Part shown: in pieces, positions 14,330 to 27,900 of the stretch | Position numbering within the stretch: the stretch's first letter is position 1 | How the letters are laid out: each line of letters begins with the position of its first letter | Source of the DNA: the human T2T-CHM13v2.0 reference genome, Homo sapiens | Length of the DNA stretch: 64,000 nt | Assembly: GCF_009914755.1 (NCBI RefSeq) | Contig: NC_060929.1 | Reading direction: 5' to 3' (one strand) | Translations under genes and position numbers: made by a program | Notes under the pieces: model-generated | What the model was told of the DNA's origin: nothing | The model's database searches: none | The model's input: the letters and a program-made list of their open reading frames with translations, nothing else

Positions 14330-14870
14330 GGCTCTTAAATTCCTCTACCAGTGGTCCTGGCTGGCTGTGTGATGCAGGATAAATAACATCACCATCGTAA
14401 GCCTCAGTTTTCTCATCTGTGAAATATAAAAGTTGTACAGATTTGTTCCAAGGGCCCTTCTGGTAACGTAGCATAGTTTTTAAAGGACAGAGTGGAGCTA
14501 AACTGCTTGAGGTTCAGTTCCTTAGTAAATTACTTACCCTCTCTGTGCCTTGGGGTCCTCATCTGTGACAAGGTTGTTATAAAGATTAGATGAGTTGATA
14601 CGTATAAAGCACTTACCCAGGTAAATTCTGTAAGTAAGCTATTATTCCAATTCTGACTTCCATGGTTTTAATAACATTTATTAGTTATTGAGTAGTTAAT
14701 GTTATCACCACAAATGGGCTAAATATTATTTATCTCTTGTGAAAAATATCACAACAAACCGACTATGAACATACTATAATCATCTCTATTTTACAAACAA
14801 GGAAAATTAGGCCAAGTGCTAAGTTATTTACTAACAATTAGGATCTGAACATGAATCCCAGGCCAGCTCA
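14330..14870. mobile_element. Cluster of MIR fragments
   Basis: gcctcagttttctcatctgtgaaat; ctctctgtgccttggggtcctcatctgtga; atctctattttacaaacaaggaaaattaggc. Confidence 0.65.
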
Positions 14871-15355
14871 GTATGCTCCAACATCAACCATTGTCTCATC
14901 CCCTCTTTCCTGCTGGAAATAGACTAGTCTTCAAGGATTGCTGGAAGACAAAAGCAGAAAAGCAGGAGGGAGACTTTTTTGATGCCTCTGCTTAGCTTGA
15001 TGTCCGACTCTGAAAAATGTTCTCTGTTGAATTGATTTCTGCCAGTTTCGTTGCTGACTTTGGCACTTTGTTTCACATTTAGTCAGTGTTTATCTAAATG
15101 AGTTCAAGCTACTTTCTTCTTCCACACTAAATCCATAATGACCTCTTGCTTCTGAATTAATTACTGGCTCAGTTTGCTGGTATTGCTGCATTCCTCTTCT
15201 TTTTTCCAGTTGCTTTCACTGTATTGTTAGCTTTTTCAACCTGCATTTCTTCTCTACTACTTCCTATCTCTCTTCCTTCCCAGGAAGAAAAGGCAACAGC
15301 AGCAAACTCACATTGTGCCTACAGAACTTCCTCCCATGGTTCCAATTCCTCGTTA

Positions 15356-15357
<2 letters not shown>

Positions 15358-15388
<31 letters not shown>

Positions 15389-15433
15389 AGAAAGAGAGAG
15401 AGAGGGAGAGTGTGTGTGTGTGAGAGAGAGAGA

Positions 15434-15468
<35 letters not shown>
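15358..15468. repeat. Compound (TG)n/(AG)n microsatellite
   Basis: TG, AG, TG, AG and TG blocks read directly from the sequence. Confidence 0.95.
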
Positions 15469-16649
15469 TATGTTCCAGAAATGTTATCCTCAGTACTTCT
15501 GGTAGGGCTTGTGGTAGGTGCCAAAACATCCATTTCTCACCTGAGAGTTCAAGATGGTCCTGAATGCTGGTAAGCAAGAGATAAAGCCAAGGCATATTTC
15601 TCTATCAGTCCACTTAAGCCACTTATTTGCACCAATTCTTCGAAGTCAGAATCCGATATCCCAGGGAGAGTCCCTTACATTCTCTGAGGGACAGGGCAGT
15701 CCTGCTGCTCCAATGCTTGCTTCAGCAAGCGTGTGTATATAGGTGGCGGATTTATGAAAGCAAACACACAATATTGATTCCTTACAATAGTGCTCATTTT
15801 AAATAAGATTTTGCATTTAATGCTTTATTAGCTCAAATCTTCTGCAACTCTTTTCAATACTCACCATAAGACAGTGAATGGGAAAGCAGTTAGGAGCTGA
15901 AAGAACGTGAGATTATCTAAACTGGGTTTACTTTTGAATCTCTAAATCAAATAGGCTAAGTATTCTAATAGTCTACCCTCCTGTCTCATCTACACATGAG
16001 GGAGAATCCTCTTCTGGGCCAGCGATTGGAACAGCTTCTTACCTCGCTTTGTAGTGTTCTCTCCCATTTTTCTCTAGTTATTGATGTTTAGTGTAGTTTA
16101 TATGTGTTTAATATTCATAGAGATGTGTATTAATCAACATAGTAAGAGCTAATGGTCAGGGTACTTTACTGGAAAATGGGTTTATTGAGCATTCTGAACG
16201 TGTTTCATTACTTACTAATATCTTGTGACCTCACACCAAGAGATCACAGACGATCTCTTGTAAAACTGAGACATATTGTGATTACATACCCCTTAAGTCT
16301 AGAAATGATAAAAAAAAAAGGTCATTATTGAACAGAATCTAGATATAAGAAAATCTTTCTATAAGTCCCTCTTTATGTCTGTAGAACATATTGTGTTCTT
16401 TTGCAGTTTGCTGAGTAGCTATTAGCTGCTGCTGCTGGCCCTCTATACTTCTGATTTTGTCTCCTCTGTCTTAAAGTTTCATACTTTTCTTAGAATTAAA
16501 ATAATCCAGGCTAATTGCACTTCTAAATGCTCTTTCTGAAGTGGCTGTATGTATACATTATCATCAGAAGCTTTTCCTTCTATATATATGCTTTCAAAAT
16601 GTCAGCACTTTCCATTCTGATACTACGGGTTTACTAGTTTGTCCTTTAT

Positions 16650-17165
16650 GTGTCATCTTGTTTGAGGAACAGATCCTCATTCCTTCCTGTCTATTGGTGT
16701 CACCACTTAAATGTCCTCAGGCTTCTCAAATCTGGAGTGCTCAAGGTAAAACTCATTATCTCTTTCCTTTCCTTGTTCCAAACCTACTTCCTCCCACCAT
16801 GTTTTCTCTCTCAGTAGCCTCACCATTTCCTTCAATTGCCCTACAAAAACTTAGGAGTTATTCACAACTCCTTTTCTTCCCCTCATCACACAGCACATGC
16901 GTGTGCACATGCATACATACACATGCATGCACACATGTGCACACTTCCATGAGTTTTAGTCCTACCAGCTCTGTCTGTGCCACTTCTACTGCTTCAGGTT
17001 TTTATCATCTCTTCGCTGGACAACTTCAACATCCTAACTGGATATCCTGTGTTCAGTCTGTTTTTTGTTAATTCTATCCAATGCCAGATAAATAGTTCTA
17101 AAATTCAGTTCTCATGTCTCTCCTGTCCTCAAACACTTGAGATGGCTTCCTTTAGCCAGAGACCA
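16650..17165 (+). mobile_element. L2 fragment
   Basis: aaaactcattatctc...aaacctacttcctccc...aaaacttaggagttattcacaactcc...tctcttcgctggacaacttcaacatcctaactgg resembles L2 3' ORF2/UTR. Confidence 0.6.
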
Positions 17166-17660
17166 GACTTCTAAACAAAGTGGACAGCTCCGCTCTGTCC
17201 AGTTACTCATTATTCTTTAAAAGTGCTATGACAGTTTATATATATGTACTAGTTTGTTTTTGTTAAAATGCTCTTTCATTTATAGATGGGAAACTGAAGA
17301 AAAGAGACTATATCTCTTTTGAATCCCAAGAACCCGAACACGGAGTGGACATAGAGAAGTAGACTGATTTACCCAGCGACACACAAATACTGGCTGGTGT
17401 TTGAAGCTAGTGTTTGAATGTCTTGGCTCTCAGTCTTATATTTTCTATTTAAAAATATTAGATAATTTGGAGATTTGAGAAAACAAATTTCTCAAGTGGT
17501 GTCAAGGAAATCCATTGGCCTTTACTTCTTTAGCCCTGAGACTTTATAAAATTATATAAGACGCAAGTTGGCATTTTCTAGGGGCCACAGGAAAGAGGTA
17601 CAGGTACTATATTGGCTACGATTCTTCTCTTTGGTTTTAACATCTTAAAGATAATTATAT

Positions 17661-18798
17661 CAGTGCTTCTCAGAATTTAATGTACATATAAATCACCTTA
17701 TGTGTAATATATTTTATGAATATAAGGTGATTTGTATGTATATTAAATTCTGATAAAATATAATATATAATTACACATTTTATATATAACATATTATCCT
17801 ATATATATGAATACATATTATATATACTAATATATATTATATATAGTATATAATATATATTGTATGTATAATATAGTATATATACTAATATATAATATAT
17901 AATAATATATACTGACATAATATACATATATGTATATAAATATATACACTATATATAAAATATATGGTATATAAAAATACATATTATATATAATATATAA
18001 TACTATATATACCAATATATACTAATATATACTATATACTAATATATAATATATACTATATATACTAATATATAATATATACTATATATACTAATATATA
18101 ATATACTAATATATAGTATATATGTAATACATATATAAAATATATATAGTATATACTATATATAATATCATATATAACATTTATATGATATATAGTATAT
18201 CATACATACTATATGTCATATATAATATATATGATATATAATATAGTATAGTATATAATATATATTATATATACTAATATATACTTATATATACTAATAT
18301 ATAATATATTAGACTACACTATATATACTTATATATTATAGACTATACTATATATACTAATATATATTATAGAATATATACGTATATATTATATACGTAT
18401 ATATTATAGAATATATACGTATATATTATATACGTATATATTATATAGAATATGTTATATATTATATATATAGAATATTATATATTAATATATAGAATTA
18501 TATTAATATATAGAATATATAGAATTATATTAATATATAGAATATATTATATATTATATACGTATATAATATGTATATAAAGCATATATTATATACGTAT
18601 ATAATATGTATATAAAGCATATATAATATATGTATATAATATGTATATAAAGCATATATAATATACGTATATAATATGTATATAAGGTACATATACCTTT
18701 TGCTTTATGAGGTCCAGTGGCATCTGAGATTCTGCATTCCCAACAAGTTCCCAGGTGATGGCTATTGTGCTAATCCCTGAATGCATGTCAATAGCAAG
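17661..18798. mobile_element. MER5A1 (hAT-Charlie MITE) split into 17661-17698 and ~18701-18798
   Basis: Left end cagtgcttctcagaatttaatgtacatataaatcacct; right part gagattctgcattcccaacaagttcccaggtgatg...tagcaag. Confidence 0.75.
17755..18695. repeat. ~940-bp AT-rich low-complexity / minisatellite array
   Basis: Almost pure A/T, with sub-arrays of period 26 (from 18039), 37 (from 18361) and 35 (18555-18690, ~4 copies of tatatacgtatataatatgtatataaagcatatat). Confidence 0.95.
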
Positions 18799-19662
18799 GT
18801 GCTAGATAATTATGTACTGACCACTTTAAGCTACCTAATATTTTCTTCTTTCACTAAGAAATTTGGTGAATTAAAAAAATTCTCCTCTTTATCCTATTAC
18901 AGTCTACAGAAATAAAAATTGGTTATTATAACAATATTCAGAAGAAATTATCTTAATGCAAATCATATGACTCAATCTCTAGTACAGGTAGATATGAACA
19001 TAGTGGAGGGTGGGAATCAACACTCTACATCCACAACAGCTCTCTTCTTGGACCTTATTTCACAGGAGTTTTTCTAAACTGCCAATTCTCCATGCCAAAG
19101 CAGTGATTATTGGTCACTATTTCTGCAAGGAAATCCTCAGTATAATTAATCTGAAGGTGTATCAAAACTGATCTGGAGAATACGCTGTGCAGATATTTGT
19201 AATTGAACTTCAATGAAGGCACAGCTCCTTCCCTTTCTCTAGGGGACTGAATCCAAGTGGTAACTCCATCAGGGTGACATCATATGTCACTTGTCCTGCT
19301 GCATTCGAAGTGGCTGAACCCAGACCCATAAACTCACTGTCATCTTGTAGACTTTGATTTTAAAGAATCCAGAGTGTAACATCACATACCATGTCAAAAA
19401 GAGACATAACAAGCTATCAGTGGTCAGTGAAAACTCTGTGCCTAGACTGCAGTGCCTTTTTGCTTTGCCCCTGTTGTGTGAACTGACTAGTATCTCAGTA
19501 TTAAATTTGGTTTGTGTAGCTATTGCATTGTATTAGTGATAAGTTTGGCACATATTTTAGTCATATAATTTCTACACATCCAGGTTTATTGATTTTTTTT
19601 AAGGAAACTAATAATAAAAGAAAACATGGCTAATAAACAGCTTGGTTCATACAGATATTTCT

Positions 19663-19965
<303 letters not shown>

Positions 19966-21189
19966 CTATGTAATACATTTAATGTATTTAGAAATGTGTT
20001 GAAAGTTAAAATAACACAGGATAATTTTCACTATAATTGGATAGATGGGAGAGTGGGGATTTACTGAGCCAGGGAAGGAATTAGAGTGATTGATCTGGGA
20101 GCAGAGTCCTTTTCTATGTCTAGTTAATTACAGTGCTCAGAACCTTGTGAACAATGCTGAATGTGGAATTATTAAATTTGATGGTTGGGGAATGATTTTA
20201 AAACTTACTAACAAATCCTCTTAGTTTTATAAGGGATCCCCAATTTCAGTAATCCACAGAAGACTAAGCACTTCCAGGACTAACAAAAATTTCTTGTTTT
20301 GGTAATTAAAAAATTAAATCTCTCCCTGAACCCCTCCCTCAAAGAAAACATGATTTTTCTGGCATGATTTTTTCAAGTTGAAACACACTGAATTCCTATT
20401 ATAATCCTGGTTTCGAGGGAATTTTTAGGCTAGAACTGTGTCTGCCTTGAAATGAAAAAGATGATATTCAGGGAGAAACGGTGATTGCACTCTTTTAATT
20501 TACTAGAACCTGTCTAGATGTTTAACATTTAAGTATTCAGAGAGTTCTCAAGGTCCTGTTGGGGGAAAATACATGTTTAGTGATTGGCCAGATTTTCTTA
20601 AAGTTGTTATTTTATTTCTAGGTATATATCTGGAACTTCACTTGAGTGATTTAACAGTTTTCCACAGTGGGTAGAGTTGGGGAGGCTCTTCTCTGAAGTG
20701 GTGGGAGAAGGGGTGGAAAGTTACAAAATATTGAAATGTACAGTTGAGAGCCACATATTCTGCTTTAATTTTCAGGCCTTTTCCTTTTGCCTTCCAGTTA
20801 TGGCTGATGGTAGAGGAGAGGAGGCTTTGGCTCACGTTCAATGTGTTTCTTAAAGCGCTGTGGAGGAAGAACAAAACCTCCTCTTCAAAGGCGTTCTCTG
20901 TGGCGCCTATTTCAGGATTAAACAGTTTTAGGCTCTGTTATGACTTTCATGGAGTCATGGCTGTTTTTTTATTGAGGTCAACATCTCCTTCTGTTCCCCA
21001 GCAAATCCCAGGGAAGTGTGAGTCAGAGTCAATGAAATCACACTGGGAATGAATGGTGGTGTTACACTGTCAGACCCAGAGTTGCGTGTTTCTGCAGATG
21101 ATTGTTGTACTGGACAACAGAGCAGACAATGAAGATTTTAAAATATATATGTGTTGTCAGTAAAAAGGAGCTAATTAGGATAGCTTTAA

Positions 21190-21325
21190 TTTGGGGTCTG
21201 GTCTGAGAGCCAGGAGATCTGGAATTCTGCCATGAATGGGCTTTGTAATCTTGAGCAAGCAACTTAACATTTCTGGGCTTCAATTTTCCCACTTAAAAGT
21301 AAGACTGCATGATCTCTAAAGTTTC
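21190..21325 (+). mobile_element. MIR fragment
   Basis: gagccaggagatctggaattctgcc...tgtaatcttgagcaagcaacttaacatttctgggcttcaattttcccac. Confidence 0.65.
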
Positions 21326-21816
21326 TTTTGGCAAGATGGTTCTATAATTTTCCTTTAGTTTACCACAAAGAGCCTTGGGCCAGAAAATTCCCTGAAAACT
21401 TCTTTTTAACATAAGATAAATCTGATGAATACCACCAATGTAAAAATAAATCATTAATAGGTGCATATGTTATTTGTAGTAGTATTTGTTTCTTAAATGC
21501 TAATCTTTGGTAAATTGCTTGATCATTTGGTATGCAACATACTGTAAGTGTATTACATATTGTATTTGTATTTTATATTTGGAAGTGCCACTGAGCGTTA
21601 CATATGGCTGTTCTGGATTTGTCAATAATATTCCCTGTGCATTCCATATGGGAACAGCTATGCAGTCCTTATATGGTAATATCCCTTTTACTTTATATGG
21701 TGCCATTTATGATTTGTATAATTTATTCATATGTGTTTTATAGTCTTGCACTTTCTCAAAATATACCTTTAAGAAGAAAATAATAATTAGAATAGCTCTG
21801 TATAATAAAATTCCCG

Positions 21817-21998
21817 TCTCCCTTCTCTCCCCTCCCCTCCCCTCCCCTCCATTCTCCCCTCCCCTCCATTCTCCCCTCCCCTCCATTCTCCCCTCCCCTC
21901 CATTCTCCCCTCCCCTCCCCTCTCCTCTCCCCTCCCCTCCCCTCCTTCCCTCCCTCCCTCCCTTCCTTCCTTCCTTCCTTCCTTCCTTTTCTCTTTCT
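21817..21998. repeat. (CCCCT)n / (CCTT)n polypyrimidine tract with a 17-nt repeated unit
   Basis: ccctccattctcccctc x4 embedded in CCCCT, grading into CCCT and then CCTT. Confidence 0.95.
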
Positions 21999-24900
21999 AT
22001 AAACTATTAACTGACTCTAAGGAAGATTATTTTCTAGACGAAAATCTGTAATTTATGTTGTTAACTTTCAGGAATGCTTTCAGATAGCAAAATCATATGT
22101 ATTTAACTTGTATATTATTTAATCTTGGTTAAATATAACTTCAAATTTTGTTTCATATCTTTAAATCTTACATTTTCATAAGGACATGTAATTGTGACTG
22201 TAGTTCTTTATATATTTTACATATTAATATCATTTATATTGTGAAGGCTTAAAAAGGGTAAAGATTATACCTGCTAATAATTCACTTTGTTTTGATTCAA
22301 ACTCGTATGCCTTAATTGAAATGGCATACAGCAAGAAACGCTCCACTTTGTGTAAGAAAGCATCACTTTTTATTGTCATGAATTAGCTATGAAATGGTCT
22401 CATTTTCAAAGAGATATGCAGGACATATGCTTGCACATTCTGTTAGCAGTTAGTGATCCAAGTGGAGAAAACATTTCCATGAGAAAAGCAAGTTACATAA
22501 TGAAAAGAACACTAATAATCCAGAGAAGACTATCAAAAAATTCCGTATCATCCACATGAATGATATGCATTTTGAAATGTTTAAAATAAGAAGTGTTTTC
22601 TTTGTTGATGATAATTTGTATTTAGTTAATGTCCTAACAAGATCATCCAGGATATTTTCTTTAGTGAAATCCTCCCCTGCTCAGAAAAGCATGTTTAAGA
22701 CAAAGAGGCCTTTCTTTGTTGCTGTTGGTTGAAGTGCATACTGCGTGTGCTCTGATGGTACATTCATTTTCCTGACTCATCTGCAGCTTCAAAAAATTGC
22801 ATGTTTGTTTGGCTGTTTGAAAAAACCTTCCAGTATTTTTTTCTCATGTCTGAAATGGTTCATATTAAAGCTTTCATAATACCCTTCAGTTTCTGTGTTA
22901 AATTGATGTTTAAATTGGAAAGAAAGTGGGAACCTTGGCAGTTTAGATAATTCACTTCATCTGGTGGCCAGCTATGTTAACAATCACATCATATGCCAGC
23001 ACTTAGATGAGATGAAAGGAGCCCCAGGGGCACTGAAGCTACATTTTAGGAGCAGAGGGAAAATACAGTTAGAGTTCTTTGTTTCATCATTTTATTCTAT
23101 AAAATGGTAAATTATTTTGACCAGAATTTTAAAGTGTTAAAAGAACAATTTAAAGGTTATGTGATGGCTTAGCTGTGAAGCTGAATGCAGATTGTTGATC
23201 AGTATGCTGGACAGAAAGTGCTGAGCCCCATGTCAGCAAATGATGTCTTTTATTCTCTGTGTATTGAGTGCTGTGAGGAAATGGTGATATTGTTAGCATA
23301 TGAATAACATCAAAGCCCTCCACTGGAAGATAAACCTCCATCTTCTGAAATAGAGTGCACAGCCTCTCCTCGTGTATTGAAGTGCCTCCGTTTCTAACAG
23401 TGTGTTCTGTCCAACCCCAGAGCAGTTTCATCCAGACAAGTTGATATTCAGCACTGGGTTGCTGGTGCATGACTGCACATTCCATCACTTAGGAGAAAGC
23501 ATTTTCGCATCAAATTGCCTTTCTATATGAAGGGTAGGAAGGCTATTAGCTTGTTTGTTGTTGTTGTTGTTGTTTTTTGTTTTTTTTTTTTTAGATTTTT
23601 GGGAGGGGGAAGCAACATTTTCTTTTGAGGTCCTGCAAGATGTTCACGATTTTTATTATTATTTGTCCTAAAAATGAGGGACTGATCTAACCAGTTGATA
23701 AGAAAGATAGTGGATAACGTAACTGCCTCTTCATCTCTGAATGCAGACATGACTCTTTTCACTGCTGCTGGATTCTTCAATCAATACTGACATGCTGGCC
23801 AGACACAGTTTAAAAATAATGCATTGGTCCCATTCTTCTCTCTGTGAATATCATTTGAGCATGATAAGTAGTTCTCTTCATGCACCTTCCCTTCCCAGCT
23901 ATCCTGATAAACAAATGCTGCTGATACTCAAAATGGAATTTCAGTTCAGCAGCAGAATTCCTGGGGCTTTTAGGAGCACCATCCACGTCAAATGGGTCCT
24001 GGGATGATAAACTGTATGACAGCCCATAGCAGAGCAAGTAATTCCAGATGCCTTGGATGTTTAGCCTATTAGTTCATGGGGACATGTAAGAAATAGTCAG
24101 TTTCTATTAATGTTCAATTTATTATTGGCCAAGACGCTTAGGATATGACGCTGCTAGTCATTTTCTGTAACAACTTTATGTATAGAGGAAGTCTTTCCTG
24201 AAAGGTACATGGCTGGCACTTCATTTCTGAGCTCATATGTTATGCTGACCAAAAACGTCTGTCAAAACTTAGATCAATGTCATGTGTTATATTTTCATTT
24301 TCATTACTCTTGGAATCGTTTTTAAAAAATTCATATTGCCAGCTGTTACATTAACATTCAGTTAAGTTTAGGTTAGCTGAATTCCAGCCAATGGTTTAGA
24401 AATAAGCAGGGCATAATGCTGATATGATTGACTTTCAGTTACTCTGTGTGGTTTCTCTTGCATATTTAAAGATATCTGTGTACAAAAGCAAAGAAACAAC
24501 ACATTTGTTTTATAAAGACTGAATGTGTAAGACTGATGGAGAGCTGTTTTGGTGTTATTGTAATAGACTAGCTTTTCTTAGTTTTTGTCTGTAACACAGT
24601 ATACCAAGTTACTGTTCTCATATTCTCACTGAGTGATATACTTTGAGAATGTGAATCTTGGTTAGTTAAACTTGTTTGATTGCTGGATTCTGGGCTGCTT
24701 CCAAATGGGAGGTTGGAATCAAAAGAACAAACACAAAGGTTTCCCGGTCCTGTTAGGAATACCAAGTACTATCTCTAGATTTTCTAATTAGTTTTCAAGA
24801 CAAATGCTCAGGAAATTACAACAATCGACCTGATTCAGCTCACATTTTAAACCTAGTGGACTTTAATAAGAATTAGCATTCCTACTTTTAGATGATTTTC

Positions 24901-27900
24901 CACTTTAGGTTTTAGTTTATTTAGTTTTTATATTTTAAGTCCTAGATTCTTTTTTTTTTTGACCCACATATTGATCAGCAAATGTCATTGCTTTAAAGTG
25001 GATTTTCCTCTCTGAAGAAGAGGCAGCTTCATTTATGTCTATTCAAGAAAAATGAAAAAGACATCTTAATTCAATAATGGATAGGTTCACATGCATGGCA
25101 GAGCATAAGAGCCTGCTAGTTACTCTTTAATTATTTTTTAATAATATCCCTTGGTAATAATTTATACATTTTAAAGAACACTTTACACAGAAGTTAGGAG
25201 GGCAGAGGTTGGAATGAACCAAATGATTTCACTGATAAAAAGAATAGTCTTATTTAATGATGTCAGAGTTGGATGAACTGATGGTTTTATATGTCAGAGA
25301 TTTCAAAGCATCTAAATTACTCTTGAGTTATTGCCAGCTATCCTGACTGTTTGGGATAACTATGAAACATCACACACAATCATTAATATCCAAGCTGGCA
25401 AAAAAGATGATTAAAGAGGCCTATAGATATAAGAAATATCATACTAGCAGAATTAAAAAAAATCAACTTGTCAAGTATTATTTTGAGACTAAATAGAGTA
25501 TGAAAAACTTTTTGCCAGTGCAGTTTAAAACAACTTATTCTGTGAATAATGATTGAATAAGGTCATATATCTGTCCTAGAATCAGGACCTTGCTTGCCAG
25601 AGAGTCTGGTGACTAAATATGTTTCATTCTGGAATATTAGTAATAATCCCAACTCCCCAAACCCACCCTTCCAGGTTATAGTGGAATAGTAATTTCTAAG
25701 GCAACTTCAAAGTATATTTTTACTTAAAAGTCTGCTGAGTTATTTCTAGTTCTAAGTATTTTCCTTCTATTCCTATGAAACATTATCTAGCAAGTACTTA
25801 AAAATAATTTTATTTCAAAACGAGATGGCAGGCTTTCGGGTGGTATACTATAATTCTTCAGGAGCAGCTGTTTTATTTATCTTGGTCTTTTAAAAATTAG
25901 ATGGATATATTTTTTCTTTTTTAGAATTGTATGTTATTTGGTCAAATGAATTATTTGGAGGAGTTAGTGATCAGGAAATGAGTACACATATATCTCTGTA
26001 CTCTTATATAAGTAAATTAAAAATATTTTTAATTATTATGGACACACAATGGTTGTTATATTACATATTTATGTGGTACATGTGATGTTTTGACACAGGC
26101 ATGCAATGTGTAATGATCAAATCAGGGCAATTGGGCTGTCCATCACCTCAAGCATTTATCATTTCTTTGTATTAGGAAGATTCCACTTCAACTCTTCTAG
26201 TTATTGTGTAATATACAATAAATTAGAGTTAACTATAGTTGCCCTGCTGTCTTACTGAACATTGGATCTTGTTCCTTTTGTCTAACTGTATTTTGGTACC
26301 CACTAATCATTTTCACTTTTTCTTCTCCTACCTACTACCCTTCCCAATGTTTGGTAACCTTCCTTCTACTCTTTATCTCTACGAGTTCAAGTTTTTTTAA
26401 TCTATTTTTTATTTTTTAGTTCCCACTTAGAGTGAGAACGTGTGACATTTATCTTTTTGTGCCTGGCTTATTTCACTTAACATAATGTCCTTCAGTTCCA
26501 TCCATGTTGTTGCAAATGTCAGGATTTCATTTTTTTTTTATGGCTGGATAATATTCCGTTGTGTGTATATACCACATTTTCTTTATTCATCTGATAATAG
26601 ACACTTAGGTTGATTCCATATGTTGGATATTGTAAATACTGCTGCAATCAACATGGGACAGCACATGTCACTTTAATATACCGATTTCCTTTCTTTTGGA
26701 TATATACCCAGCAGTGGGATTGCAGGATCATATGGTAGTTTGATTTTAAGTTTTTTTTGAGAAACCTCCATACTCGTTTTCATAGTCGCTATACTAATTT
26801 ACATTTCTACCAACAGAGTATGAGAGTTCCCCTTTCTTCACATCCTTGCCCGCATTCATGATTGCCTGTCTTTTGTATAAAAGCCATTTTGACTGGGGTG
26901 AGGTGATATCTCATTGTTTTAATTTGCATGTCTGTGACGCTTAGTGATGTTAAGCATTTTAAAATATACCTGTTGGATATTTGTATGTCTTCTTTTGAGA
27001 AATGTTTGTTCAGATCTTTTGCCCATTTAAAAATTGGATTGTTTGTTTATTTTCTGTTAAGCTGTTTCAGCTCCTTATATGCTCTGGTTATTAATCCCTT
27101 GTCAGATGCATAGTTTGCAAATATTTTCTCCCATTCTGTTGTTTGTCTCTTGTTGATTTCTTCTTTTCTGTGCAGAAGCTTTTTAGCTTGATGTGATCCT
27201 ATTTGTTAATTTTTGCTTTGGTTGCCTACACTTTTGAGGTCTTTCTCAAAAAATTTTTGCCCAGACCAAAGTCTTGGAGTGTTTCTTCAAGATTTTTGTC
27301 TAATATTAATAATTTCATAGTTTTAGATCTTAGATTTAAGTCAGATTTAAGTCTTCAAACTGTTTTTACTTTTTCTTTGTATATGGTGAGAGATAAAGGT
27401 CTAGTTTCATTCTTTTGCATATGAATATCCAGTTTTCCAGCACCATTTATTGAAGACACTGTCCTTTCAGCAATGTATATTCTTGGCACCTTTGTCAAAA
27501 ATGAGTTGACTGTAAAGTTCCATTGGTCTATGTGTCTGTTTTTTATGCCAGTACCATGCTGTTTTGGTTACTATAGCTTTGTAGTACAATTTGAAGGCAA
27601 GTAGTATAATGTGATGCCTCTAGGGTTTTTTGTTTGTTTGTGTGTTTTTTGCTCTGAATTGCTTTGTTTATTCTGGGTCCTGTGTTCTACATAAATTTTA
27701 TAATTTTTTTTCTATTTCGTGAAGAATGTCATTGATATTTTGATAGGGATTGCATTGAATCATATAATCTGTAGATTGCTTTGTGTAGAATAGACATTTT
27801 AACAATATTGATTCTCTAATCTATGAACATAGAATATCTTTTCATATTTTTGTGTCCTCTTCAATTTCTATCAAGGTTAAATTTCAGGGTTCAAAATTTT

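Noticed and set aside
16541-17071. Longest ORF in the window (176 aa)
   Set aside because: GTG start, runs through an L2 fragment and a CA-type repeat, low-complexity composition, no recognisable domain or splice context.
17755-18695. Periodic 26-37-nt units superficially like a CRISPR array
   Set aside because: Head-to-tail tandem units with no unique spacers, no cas genes, and a eukaryotic context.
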